A DNA stretch of 32,000 bases from NCBI GenBank assembly GCA_041677685.1, contig JBAYPN010000005.1, positions 9,763 to 41,762 of the forward strand. The letters run 5' to 3'. This document shows, one piece after another, positions 1 to 7,610 of the stretch; position 1 is the first letter of the stretch; every line of letters starts with the position of its first letter. Below the pieces are notes generated by a model. That model did no database searches and was not told the origin of the DNA. It saw nothing but the letters and a program-made list of their open reading frames with translations. The DNA comes from an archaeon (GTDB taxonomy: Archaea > Iainarchaeota > Iainarchaeia > Iainarchaeales > CSSED10-239). Position numbers and translations under genes: made by a program.

Positions 1-216
1 GCTTTATTAAATCACTTTGATGAATATTGGAAGAAATGATTTTCTTTTTCTCTTTTAACATAATTTTTAAATTTGATTTTTTTCTTTTTATAATTTCTTT
101 TAATTTCTAATTTACAAATAAATAAATGTTAAGTTAAATCTTTTTAGAAAAGTAGTTTCTTTTCAAAATCTACATATCTTTAATAACCAAAAGGGGTGTT
201 TACCAATACAAATCTA

Positions 217-224
217 TTTATAAA
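217..224 (+). promoter_or_regulatory. Candidate TATA box upstream of the L7Ae operon
   Basis: TTTATAAA at 217-224 in the gene-free leader, ~90 nt upstream of the L7Ae ATG. A second A/T box lies at ~265-281, so the true TSS is unresolved. Confidence 0.3.
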
Positions 225-286
225 GTTTTTTATGCCTATATTAATTATATATAATATATTCTTTTTTTAAATATAAAAATAAAAGA

Positions 287-307
287 GCCAATGACATATA
301 AGGAGGT
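287..307 (+). promoter_or_regulatory. Candidate K-turn/K-loop in the L7Ae 5' leader, overlapping the Shine-Dalgarno GGAGG (300-306)
   Basis: Sequence is 5'-GCC AAU GA CAUAUAAG GA GGU-3'. GCC/GGU can form a C-helix, AAU a 3-nt bulge, and GA/GA tandem sheared pairs, with a C-G pair closing a 6-nt loop. The 3' strand is the SD itself. Confidence 0.3.
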
Positions 308-314
308 AATTTAA

Positions 315-833
315 ATGTCAGAATATGTTAAGTTTAAAATCTCTGAAGAATTAAAAAATTTACAAGATGAGGTTTTTAAGAAAATATCAAAATCAGGAAA
401 AATAAAAATCGGAATTAATGAAGTTACAAAAGCAATTGAAAGAGGCACTGCTAAATTAGTTGCTATTGCTGAAGATGTTACTCCTGCAGAAATTGTAATG
501 CATTTACCTGTTATTGCAAAAGAGAAAAAAATTCCATTTACTTATTTTAAAACAAAAGCAGATTTAGGTAAAGCTGTTGGTATCTCTGCAAAAGCAAGTT
601 CTATTGCTATTATAGATGCTGGAGTTTCTCAAAAAGAATTAAGTTCTTTGATTAATAAAATTTCTGATATGATTGGTGGTAAAGAAGCTCCAAAAGCTGA
701 TGCTAAAAAGGAAACACCTAAAGCTGAAGTGAAAGCTGAAGTTAAAAAGGAAGAACCAAAGACAGAAGTTAAAGCTGAAGTTAAAAAGGAAGAACCAAAG
801 ACAGAAGTGAAAAAAGAAGAAATTAAGAAATGA
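315..833 (+). CDS. rpl7ae: 50S ribosomal protein L7Ae with Lys/Glu-rich C-terminal repeat extension
   Basis: GGAGGT lies 9 nt upstream of the ATG. The core INEVTKAIERGTAKLVAIAEDVTPAEIVMHLPVIAKEKKIPF...LGKAVGI matches the L7Ae/L30e K-turn-binding fold. It is the first gene of the conserved L7Ae-S28e-L24e trio. The last ~50 aa are a KAEVKKEEPKTEV-type repeat tail. Confidence 0.93.
   Translation: MSEYVKFKISEELKNLQDEVFKKISKSGKIKIGINEVTKAIERGTAKLVAIAEDVTPAEIVMHLPVIAKEKKIPFTYFKTKADLGKAVGISAKASSIAIIDAGVSQKELSSLINKISDMIGGKEAPKADAKKETPKAEVKAEVKKEEPKTEVKAEVKKEEPKTEVKKEEIKK
732..809 (+). repeat. 39-bp tandem duplication (2 copies, 1 mismatch) inside the L7Ae 3' coding region
   Basis: AAAGCTGAAGTTAAAAAGGAAGAACCAAAGACAGAAGTT at 732-770 is repeated at 771-809 (last base T->G). 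A partial copy precedes at ~718-731. Each unit encodes KAEVKKEEPKTEV. Confidence 0.9.
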
Positions 834-843
834 GGTGTAAGTT

Positions 844-1053
844 ATGTCTGATGAAGGAATACCTGCAGAAATTGTAGAAATTGTTGGAAGAACAGGCTCC
901 AGAGGAGAAGCAACCCAAGTTCTTTGTAAGGTTCTTGATGGCTATGAAAAAGGTAGAATTAAGAAAAGAAATGTAAAAGGTAATGTCAAAAAAGGCGATG
1001 TCTTAATTTTACTAAATCCAGAAACAGAAGCAAAAGACATAAGGGTTCATTAA
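844..1053 (+). CDS. rps28e: 30S ribosomal protein S28e
   Basis: PAEIVEIVGRTGSRGEATQVLCKVLDG...GRIKKRNVKGNVKKGDVLILLNPETEA is the S28e signature. AGGTG lies upstream of the ATG. Position after L7Ae is conserved. Confidence 0.93.
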   Translation: MSDEGIPAEIVEIVGRTGSRGEATQVLCKVLDGYEKGRIKKRNVKGNVKKGDVLILLNPETEAKDIRVH

Positions 1054-1064
1054 GGTGATTATAA

Positions 1065-1268
1065 ATGAAATGTACTTTTTGTGGAGTAGAGATTAAAGAA
1101 GCAACAGGAATTATTTATGCAAAAAAAGATGGAACTACATATAACTTTTGTTCAGGTAAATGTAAAAAAAGTCTTTTAGATAAAAAATTCAAACCACATA
1201 AAACAAGATGGACAGAAATGTTCCATGTAGAGAAAAAAAGACATTTAAAAAATTTAGAAAAAAAATAA
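1065..1268 (+). CDS. rpl24e: 50S ribosomal protein L24e
   Basis: MKCTFCGVEIKEATGIIYAKKDGTTYNFCSGKCKK is the L24e zinc-ribbon-like N-terminus. AGGTGA SD is present. It is the third member of the conserved trio. Confidence 0.92.
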   Translation: MKCTFCGVEIKEATGIIYAKKDGTTYNFCSGKCKKSLLDKKFKPHKTRWTEMFHVEKKRHLKNLEKK

Positions 1269-1289
1269 TTTTTTTCTTTTTTTCTTTTT
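1269..1289 (+). terminator. Oligo-T tract after L24e (archaeal-type terminator candidate)
   Basis: TTTTTTTCTTTTTTTCTTTTT follows directly after the TAA at 1266-1268. Confidence 0.4.
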
Positions 1290-1323
1290 ATAAAATTTAA
1301 ACTTTTTTTAAATTGGTGATTAT

Positions 1324-3066
1324 TTGTATAGACAACCAATAATAACAATTATGGGGCATATCGATTCTGGAAAAACAACTTTTTTAGATAAGATAAAAGG
1401 AACTGCAATTACAAAACTTGAAGCAGGAAAAATTACTCAACATATTGGTGCCACAGAAATTACCTTAGATGTTATTAATAAAATTTGCAGTCATCTTTCT
1501 AAAAAATATAAATTTGAAATTACAATTCCTGGGTTGTTGTTTATTGACACACCAGGACATAATGCTTTTGATAACCTAAGAGAAAGAGGGGGATCATTAG
1601 CTGACTTGGTTGTCCTAGTTGTTGACATTAACAAAGGCTTACAAGTTCAAGATGTAGAAACTTTAAAAATCTTAAAGATGTATAAAGTTCCTTTCATAAT
1701 TGTTGCAAACAAAGTAGACCTAATTTCAGGATGGTTCCAACAAGGTAAAGACATCTCAACTTCCTTAAACTCACAATCAAAAAATGTTTCTGACAAGCTA
1801 GACGAATTGCTATACAGAATTGTTGGACAGTTGTATGATCACGGTTTTCAAGCAGAGAGATTTGATAGAGTTGATGACTTTAAAAAACAAATCTCAATAA
1901 TTCCAATTTCTGCAGAAAAAAATTATGGATTAACTGAGGCCATCTTATTTCTAGCTACACTTTCTCAAAAATTTTTAGGCAACAGAATTACAATTGATGA
2001 AAATAGAAAGGCACAAGGAACAATCTTAGAGTTAGGCGAAATTAAAGGAATTGGTAGTACTGCAGACGTAATTGTTTATCAAGGTATTTTAAGAGTAAAA
2101 GATAATATTGCTTTTCTTTCAAGAAACGGAGTTGTCAAAACTAAAGTCAAAGCCCTACTAAAAATAAACATGTTATCTGCAATCAACAAAAAAACCAACT
2201 ATGAGCATGTAGATTTTGTATCTGCTGCAAGTGGGGTCAAAATTGTTGCCCCTGACCTAGATAAATGTGTGCCTGGTTCTGTTGTTATTTCTGTTGATGA
2301 TGAGTTGGCTATGAGAAATTTAGAAGAAAAGCCTTTATCTTGTATGGTTGATGATGAGATTGATGGTGCTTTTGTAAAAACAGATACCCTTGGTTCTTTA
2401 GAAGCTTTAACAAAGTTATTATTAAAAAATAACATCTGTATTGCAAGAGCAGACATTGGTAATTTGACAAGTAAAGATATACTTGAATTAAAACTGTTAC
2501 AGAAAAGAGATAAGAAAAAGGGGGTCTTATTTTTATTTAATATACCTCTACCAAAAGATTTTGAAATTGAGTTAGAAAAAGATAAAATCCCTATATTTAA
2601 AAACAATATCATATATAAATTAATAGAAGATTACCAAGATTGGTTACTTAAAGAAAATAAAACAGAAAAGGATAAACTTCTAAAAGAAATAATCTATCCT
2701 TGTAAATTTAAAATTTTAAAAAATCATGTGTTTAGGACAAGTAAACCTGCAATTGTTGGGATTAGGGTGCTTGTGGGAAAGTTAGTTTCTGGGACTAGGA
2801 TTTTAAAGAATGGAATTGAGATTGGAGTTGTAGAATCAATTCAGGTTGATGGGAAAAAAATAGAGGTTTTAGAGACAGAAAAGGAAGCTGCAATATCAAT
2901 AAAGCATGCTGTTTTTTTAAAGGACTTTCTTGAAGAAGATATATTAAAAGTTGACATCCCTAAATCAGCTTTTGAGAAATTAGAGCAAATTAAAGACGAA
3001 CTTACTGATGAAGAAATAAAGTTGATAATTGAAGCAAAAGTGAAAATGGCTAAAGATTTAAAATAA
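1324..3066 (+). CDS. infB: Translation initiation factor aIF5B (IF-2 homolog), TTG start
   Basis: RQPIITIMGHIDSGKTTFLDKIKGT (G1), DTPGH (G3) and NKVD (G4) motifs are present. Length and domain order fit aIF5B. TTG at 1324 has GGTGA at 1315-1319. The first in-frame ATG would cut into the conserved segment immediately before the P-loop, so TTG is preferred. Confidence 0.9.
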   Translation: MYRQPIITIMGHIDSGKTTFLDKIKGTAITKLEAGKITQHIGATEITLDVINKICSHLSKKYKFEITIPGLLFIDTPGHNAFDNLRERGGSLADLVVLVVDINKGLQVQDVETLKILKMYKVPFIIVANKVDLISGWFQQGKDISTSLNSQSKNVSDKLDELLYRIVGQLYDHGFQAERFDRVDDFKKQISIIPISAEKNYGLTEAILFLATLSQKFLGNRITIDENRKAQGTILELGEIKGIGSTADVIVYQGILRVKDNIAFLSRNGVVKTKVKALLKINMLSAINKKTNYEHVDFVSAASGVKIVAPDLDKCVPGSVVISVDDELAMRNLEEKPLSCMVDDEIDGAFVKTDTLGSLEALTKLLLKNNICIARADIGNLTSKDILELKLLQKRDKKKGVLFLFNIPLPKDFEIELEKDKIPIFKNNIIYKLIEDYQDWLLKENKTEKDKLLKEIIYPCKFKILKNHVFRTSKPAIVGIRVLVGKLVSGTRILKNGIEIGVVESIQVDGKKIEVLETEKEAAISIKHAVFLKDFLEEDILKVDIPKSAFEKLEQIKDELTDEEIKLIIEAKVKMAKDLK

Positions 3067-3144
3067 TCTGTGAAAAATAATACTTACAAACAAAATGTTT
3101 TTTAAATTGAAATAAATTAAAATAAGATAAATTAAATTAAAATT

Positions 3145-3212
3145 TTACAAATAAAAAATAAATTAGATACTTACAAATAAAAAATAAAATAAAATAAAAT
3201 AAAATAAAATAA
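3145..3212. repeat. A-rich low-complexity repeats: an 18-bp direct repeat (x2, 26-bp period) followed by an (AAAAT)6 microsatellite
   Basis: TTACAAATAAAAAATAAA occurs at 3145-3162 and 3171-3188. AAAAT x6 spans 3181-3210. The whole 3067-3264 spacer is almost free of G/C. Confidence 0.85.
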
Positions 3213-3264
3213 TTTGAATAAAAAATAAAGAAAAATATTAGACAATTAAAGAGGTGTAAAATCT

Positions 3265-3663
3265 ATGAAATTAAATATATCAGATCCAAAATCAGCAAAG
3301 ACTTATTCAGTTGATGCTGATGAAAAAACAAGTTTAAATTTATTAGGTAAAAAAATGAAAGATGAAGTTGAACTTTCCTTTATTACCCCTGGACTTAAGG
3401 CAGTTATTACTGGTGGTTCAGATAAAGACGGTTTTCCAATGCATCCAACAGTTGATTCAGAATTTAGAAAAAAATTACTTCTAAAAGGTGGTGTTGGGTT
3501 TAAACCAAAGAAGAAAGGAGAAAGAAAAAGAAAAAAAGTAGCTGGAAGAATCATTTCTCAAAATATTCAACAAGTTAATTTAAAAATAGTATCTGGAGAC
3601 ACAAAGGTATTAGTTGAAAAATACACAAAAGTTAAAGAAGAAAAAAAAGAAGATGACAAATAA
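3265..3663 (+). CDS. rps6e: 30S ribosomal protein S6e
   Basis: MKLNISDPKSAKTY...LLGKKMKDEV...GLKAVITGGSDKDGFPMHPTV is the S6e pattern. AGAGGTG SD is present. It precedes aIF2 gamma, as in many archaea. Confidence 0.9.
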   Translation: MKLNISDPKSAKTYSVDADEKTSLNLLGKKMKDEVELSFITPGLKAVITGGSDKDGFPMHPTVDSEFRKKLLLKGGVGFKPKKKGERKRKKVAGRIISQNIQQVNLKIVSGDTKVLVEKYTKVKEEKKEDDK

Positions 3664-3678
3664 AAGGATTTTTAATTT

Positions 3679-4872
3679 ATGGTAAAAAATATACAAGCAG
3701 AAATAAATATTGGAGTTGTTGGACATGTTGATCATGGTAAGACTTCATTAACCTCAAAGTTAACAGGTAAATGGACAGACAAACATTCTGAAGAAATAAA
3801 ACAAGGTATCTCTATAAAGTTAGGATATGCTGATGCAGAATTTTATAAAGATCCAAAACTAGATGGTATCTCTGCTTACACCATACATAAGGTTCATCCT
3901 TTAACAAACAACAAAACAGAATTTATAAAAAAAGTATCATTTGTTGATGCTCCTGGTCACGAAACATTAATGGCAGTTATGCTTTCAGGGGCAACATTAT
4001 TAAATGGAGCAATCTTAGTTGTTGCTGCAAATGAAGAGTGCCCACAACCAAGAACCATTGAACATCTTTTAGCTCTTAAGATGCATGGTATAAAAAACTT
4101 AGTTGTTGCACAAAACAAAATTGATCTTGTCTCAAAAGAAGAGGCTTTAAAAAACTATCAAAAACTAAGAAAATTCTTAGACGATGATGGATATAAAGAT
4201 GCACCAATCATTCCAACCTCTGCAAACTTTGATACAAACTTAGATGCATTAATTTATGCTTTATTAAAAACAATACCAACACCAACCTTTGATCTAAAAG
4301 CTCCTTTAAAAATGCAAATTGTAAGATCCTTTGATATCAACAAACCAAGCACAGAAATTTCAAAACTAAAGGGTGGAATCTTAGGTGGTGCAATTTTACA
4401 AGGTGTTATAAAAGTGGGGGATAAAGTTTGGGTCTATCCGGGTTTAGAAAAACCATTTGAGATAGAGGTAAAATCATTAAACTCCGGAGGTTGCGACTAT
4501 AAGGGCGCCCATCCAGGTGGCTTAATTGCAGTGGGTACAGATTTAGATCCCTTTATTTGCAATTCTGATAAGATGGTTGGTCAAATAGTGTGTGATCCAA
4601 AAATTGATCTAAAGTTAAGTACAGAAATTGATCTAGAATACACAAAGATTGAAAGACTAATTGAACCTAACAAAACTGATATAAAGTCAGGAGAAAAAAT
4701 AGTTTTAGTTATCGGTTCTTCAGCGTGCCTTGGAATTGTAAGAAAAGTAAAACAAAATAATTTAGAATTAATTTTAAACAAACCAAATGTTTTTTTTAAA
4801 AATGATAAAATTGCAATTAGTAGAAACATAAATAGTCGTTGGAGACTTGCAGGTTATGGCACGGTTAAATAA
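3679..4872 (+). CDS. eif2g: Translation initiation factor aIF2 gamma subunit
   Basis: NIGVVGHVDHGKTSLTSKLTGKWTDKHSEEIKQGISIKLGYA, DAPGH, QNKIDL and the C-terminal RWRLAGYG are all typical of aIF2 gamma. It lacks the usual four-Cys zinc knuckle (see findings). Confidence 0.93.
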   Translation: MVKNIQAEINIGVVGHVDHGKTSLTSKLTGKWTDKHSEEIKQGISIKLGYADAEFYKDPKLDGISAYTIHKVHPLTNNKTEFIKKVSFVDAPGHETLMAVMLSGATLLNGAILVVAANEECPQPRTIEHLLALKMHGIKNLVVAQNKIDLVSKEEALKNYQKLRKFLDDDGYKDAPIIPTSANFDTNLDALIYALLKTIPTPTFDLKAPLKMQIVRSFDINKPSTEISKLKGGILGGAILQGVIKVGDKVWVYPGLEKPFEIEVKSLNSGGCDYKGAHPGGLIAVGTDLDPFICNSDKMVGQIVCDPKIDLKLSTEIDLEYTKIERLIEPNKTDIKSGEKIVLVIGSSACLGIVRKVKQNNLELILNKPNVFFKNDKIAISRNINSRWRLAGYGTVK

Positions 4873-5263
4873 AGTCTTGATTGATACAAATGTACTTATT
4901 TACATGTATGAAAATAAAAAAGATATTTTTGAAAATGTAAAATCTTTAATACCAAATGTTGATTTTTATATTTTAGATAAAGTTTATGAAGAACTAGACA
5001 AAGTCTATAAAACAAAACCTATAAAAAATGAATTAATTAAAAGATATTTAAAAAAACTTGAAGTTATTGATAAATTTAAAATTATTAAAGTTGATCAAAA
5101 GATAATTGACTTAAGTCCAAAATATTTAAAAGTTGATAATCTTTTAGTATATTTTAGTGATAAATATTTAGTTTATACAAATGACCGAAAACTTAAAGAG
5201 AAATTAAAATTAAATAATAAAAAAGTATTAACATTAAAAAGAGATGGTGTTGTCTTAAATTAA
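4856..5263 (+). CDS. PIN-domain protein (Fcf1/COG1412-like, conserved neighbour of aIF2 gamma and Rpo7)
   Basis: VLIDTNVLIY (N-terminal acidic Asp), YEELDK and VYTNDRKLKEKL are PIN acidic motifs. ATG 4856 is preferred over TTG 4847 (GGAG at 4841-4844). The gene overlaps the aIF2 gamma stop by 17 nt. The position between eif2g and rpoE' is conserved in archaea. Confidence 0.7.
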   Translation: MARLNKVLIDTNVLIYMYENKKDIFENVKSLIPNVDFYILDKVYEELDKVYKTKPIKNELIKRYLKKLEVIDKFKIIKVDQKIIDLSPKYLKVDNLLVYFSDKYLVYTNDRKLKEKLKLNNKKVLTLKRDGVVLN

Positions 5264-5330
5264 AAATTAAAATTATTTTTAAAAATTAAAATTATTTAAA
5301 AAATTGTAATTATTTGAAGGTGAAATAAAA

Positions 5331-5963
5331 ATGGGTTATAAAAAATTTAATATTGAAGGAACTGTTGCTGTCTCTCCTCTTAATCTTGCAGGAGATTTAA
5401 AGGATATTATCTTTGAGCAATTGAGTGTTGATTATGATGGAATTATGGATAAAGATATCGGACTTGTAATTTGTGTGACTGATGTTTTAGATTACAGCAT
5501 TGGGGAAATTATTCCTGGAGATTCTGATGTGTTTTTTAAAGCAAAATTTTCAGTAATAACTTATTTACCAAAACTACATGAGGTTGTTTATGGAAAAATT
5601 ACCCAAGCAACAGACTTTGGTGCATTTATTAATGTTGGCCCTTTTGAAGGACTATGCCATGTCTCTCAAGTAATGCCTGACTTTAATTCCTTTAATCCTG
5701 AACTTCCTGGTTTTGTTGCAAAAGATAGTAAAAAAACTTTAGTTGTTGGAGACAAAGGTCTTTGTAGAATTGCAAATATTAGTTTTAAAAAGACAATTGC
5801 AGAAACAAAGATTGGTTTAACAATGAGACAATATGGTTTAGGGAAAGTTGAATGGCAAGCAATGGACTTTAAACAAGATACTGATAAGAAAAAAACAGTG
5901 TCAAAAACTACAAAGAAAGAAACAAAAAAATCTGCAGGTTCTAAAAAAGGTGGTAAAAAATGA
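5331..5963 (+). CDS. rpo7: DNA-directed RNA polymerase subunit Rpo7 (E') with S1 domain and Lys-rich tail
   Basis: N-terminal Rpb7-like domain followed by the S1 motif GKITQATDFGAFINVGPFEGLCHVSQV. AGGTGA SD is present. It is followed by spt4 with an ATGA overlap. Confidence 0.88.
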   Translation: MGYKKFNIEGTVAVSPLNLAGDLKDIIFEQLSVDYDGIMDKDIGLVICVTDVLDYSIGEIIPGDSDVFFKAKFSVITYLPKLHEVVYGKITQATDFGAFINVGPFEGLCHVSQVMPDFNSFNPELPGFVAKDSKKTLVVGDKGLCRIANISFKKTIAETKIGLTMRQYGLGKVEWQAMDFKQDTDKKKTVSKTTKKETKKSAGSKKGGKK

Positions 5964-6184
5964 ATAAAAAAGTTTGTAGAAAATGTAGAAAAATAATTGT
6001 AGAAACAGAAATAAATGCTAAAGGTAAGGAAGAAAGTTTAAAGGTTTGTCCTGTTTGTGGATCAACTGTGTTTACTACCTTTTGGAAAGGGACAGCTTTA
6101 GTTATTGATCCTGACAAGTCAGAGATTGGTAAAGCTATGGATGTTTCAGTTCCTGGGAAATATGCTTTGAGGTTAAGTAGATAA
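5960..6184 (+). CDS. spt4: Transcription elongation factor Spt4 (RpoE'')
   Basis: CxxC...CxxC zinc ribbon (CRKCRK...CPVCGS) and C-terminal VPGKYALRL. The start overlaps the rpo7 stop (ATGA), which implies translational coupling. Confidence 0.85.
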   Translation: MNKKVCRKCRKIIVETEINAKGKEESLKVCPVCGSTVFTTFWKGTALVIDPDKSEIGKAMDVSVPGKYALRLSR

Positions 6185-6291
6185 ATTTTAAACAAAGAAA
6201 TTAATAGTTATTTTATAAATTAAATTTTTAGAAAGTAAAATTATTTATGTTTTATTTTTTTTAAAAATTAAATAAATTTAGGTGAAATTTT

Positions 6292-6642
6292 ATGGATATT
6301 GAAATAGAAAAATCAAGAAATGAATTGCTTTGTAGAACAAATGTTTTTGCAAAAATAAAATCAGCAAAAACAGTTTCTAGAAAAGATCTTGTTTCTAAGG
6401 TTTCTGCGATGTTAGGTGTAGACATGAGTTTAGTAGTGGTTGATAAAATTGCTCAAAATTTTGGAGAAAAAAATGCCAGTGCTTATCTAAAGGTCTATGA
6501 TGATGCAAAGAAACTTAAAGAAATAGAATTGAAATATAAAATTAAAAGAACTGGTGAAATTGAAGAAGTGATTGATTCTAAAAAGGAAAAAGTAATTGAG
6601 TCTAAAAAAGAAGAAGTTATAAAACCAGAAAATAAAGAATAA
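6292..6642 (+). CDS. rps24e: 30S ribosomal protein S24e
   Basis: N-terminal NELLCR, SRKDL and the LKVYDD region follow the S24e pattern. TAGGTGA SD is present. It precedes S27ae, as in the conserved S24e-S27ae pair. Confidence 0.88.
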   Translation: MDIEIEKSRNELLCRTNVFAKIKSAKTVSRKDLVSKVSAMLGVDMSLVVVDKIAQNFGEKNASAYLKVYDDAKKLKEIELKYKIKRTGEIEEVIDSKKEKVIESKKEEVIKPENKE

Positions 6643-6666
6643 ATAAAATTGAAATTGTGAGTGATT

Positions 6667-6891
6667 ATGGCAAAGAAGAAAGGTGGCGGAGAAAAGAAAG
6701 GTAAAAAAACTAGGAAGAAAACAACTAATGTTAAAAAAAGTGAGTTTTATACTGTTTCTAATAACTCTGTTGAAAGACTTGGAAAAGATTGTCCAAAATG
6801 TGGGGCTGGAGTAAAGATGGCTGCACATAAGGAGAAAGATAATAAAACTAGATTTGCTTGTGGTAAGTGCGGACTTACTACTTGGGAATAG
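6667..6891 (+). CDS. rps27ae: 30S ribosomal protein S27ae
   Basis: Lys-rich N-terminus then zinc ribbon CPKCGAGVKMAAH...FACGKCGLT. ATG 6667 is preferred over the in-frame GTG at 6661. Confidence 0.88.
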   Translation: MAKKKGGGEKKGKKTRKKTTNVKKSEFYTVSNNSVERLGKDCPKCGAGVKMAAHKEKDNKTRFACGKCGLTTWE

Positions 6892-6983
6892 TTTTTTTAT
6901 AATTTAGATTGGAAAGTAAAAAAGGGTGATTAAAGATTTATTTTCTATTAGATTTCTTTTTCTTTTTTTTTCCAATTTATTTT

Positions 6984-7469
6984 GTGTTTTTTTTAAATAG
7001 AAAAATAAAATTAAAAGAAATATTTTATAATTTTGGGTTAAGAAAGATATCTTTTTCTAATCTAGTTAAGCACACATTAATTCTTTTTTTTTTAATTTTT
7101 ATAATTAGTATTTCTTTAAGCACAATTTTTACTTTTGTAGGTTTAGATGATCTTCATCTAGTAAGTAGCACAATTCTTTCTATACCTCTCTTGTATATCT
7201 TCTATTTATTTGTAATTAGAGTATTTTTAGAAGAATGGTTTTTTAGAGGTTTTCTTGTTAACAGAATTGGAGTTTATTTATCTTCCTTGTTGTTTGCAAT
7301 AGGGCACATCTCATATGGCTCAATTGTTGAAGTTATTGGTGCCTTTATTCTTGGAGTTGTTCTTGGTAAATATTATTTAAAGACTAAGAATCTTTGGGTT
7401 AATTATTTAGCACATTTTTTATATAATTTTTCAGCTTTTCTTCTAATGACTCTTGCACAAACTTTATAA
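6984..7469 (+). CDS. CPBP-family (CAAX/Abi-like) intramembrane metalloprotease
   Basis: LEEWFFRGF (EExxxR), FAIGHISY (FxxxH) and YLAHFLYNF (HxxxN) motifs sit in a multi-TM protein. There is no in-frame ATG, so the GTG 6984 start is uncertain. Confidence 0.72.
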   Translation: MFFLNRKIKLKEIFYNFGLRKISFSNLVKHTLILFFLIFIISISLSTIFTFVGLDDLHLVSSTILSIPLLYIFYLFVIRVFLEEWFFRGFLVNRIGVYLSSLLFAIGHISYGSIVEVIGAFILGVVLGKYYLKTKNLWVNYLAHFLYNFSAFLLMTLAQTL

Positions 7470-7610
7470 CTTTTAAATTAACTTCTTATTAGTAAATAAC
7501 TCTAATATTGCTTATTTTTGTTTTATATAGTATGATTCTTATTTGTGGTACTTTTAAAGTGTTTATAATGTATTTTTATGCACACCTATATTTTATAAAT
7601 ATATATATAC

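Noticed and set aside
1-39. Possible 3' end of a + strand gene entering the window (frame 1 ...ALLNHFDEYWKK*, followed by a T-rich tract).
   Set aside because: Only 12 codons are visible, which cannot be distinguished from chance, so it is not reported as a feature.
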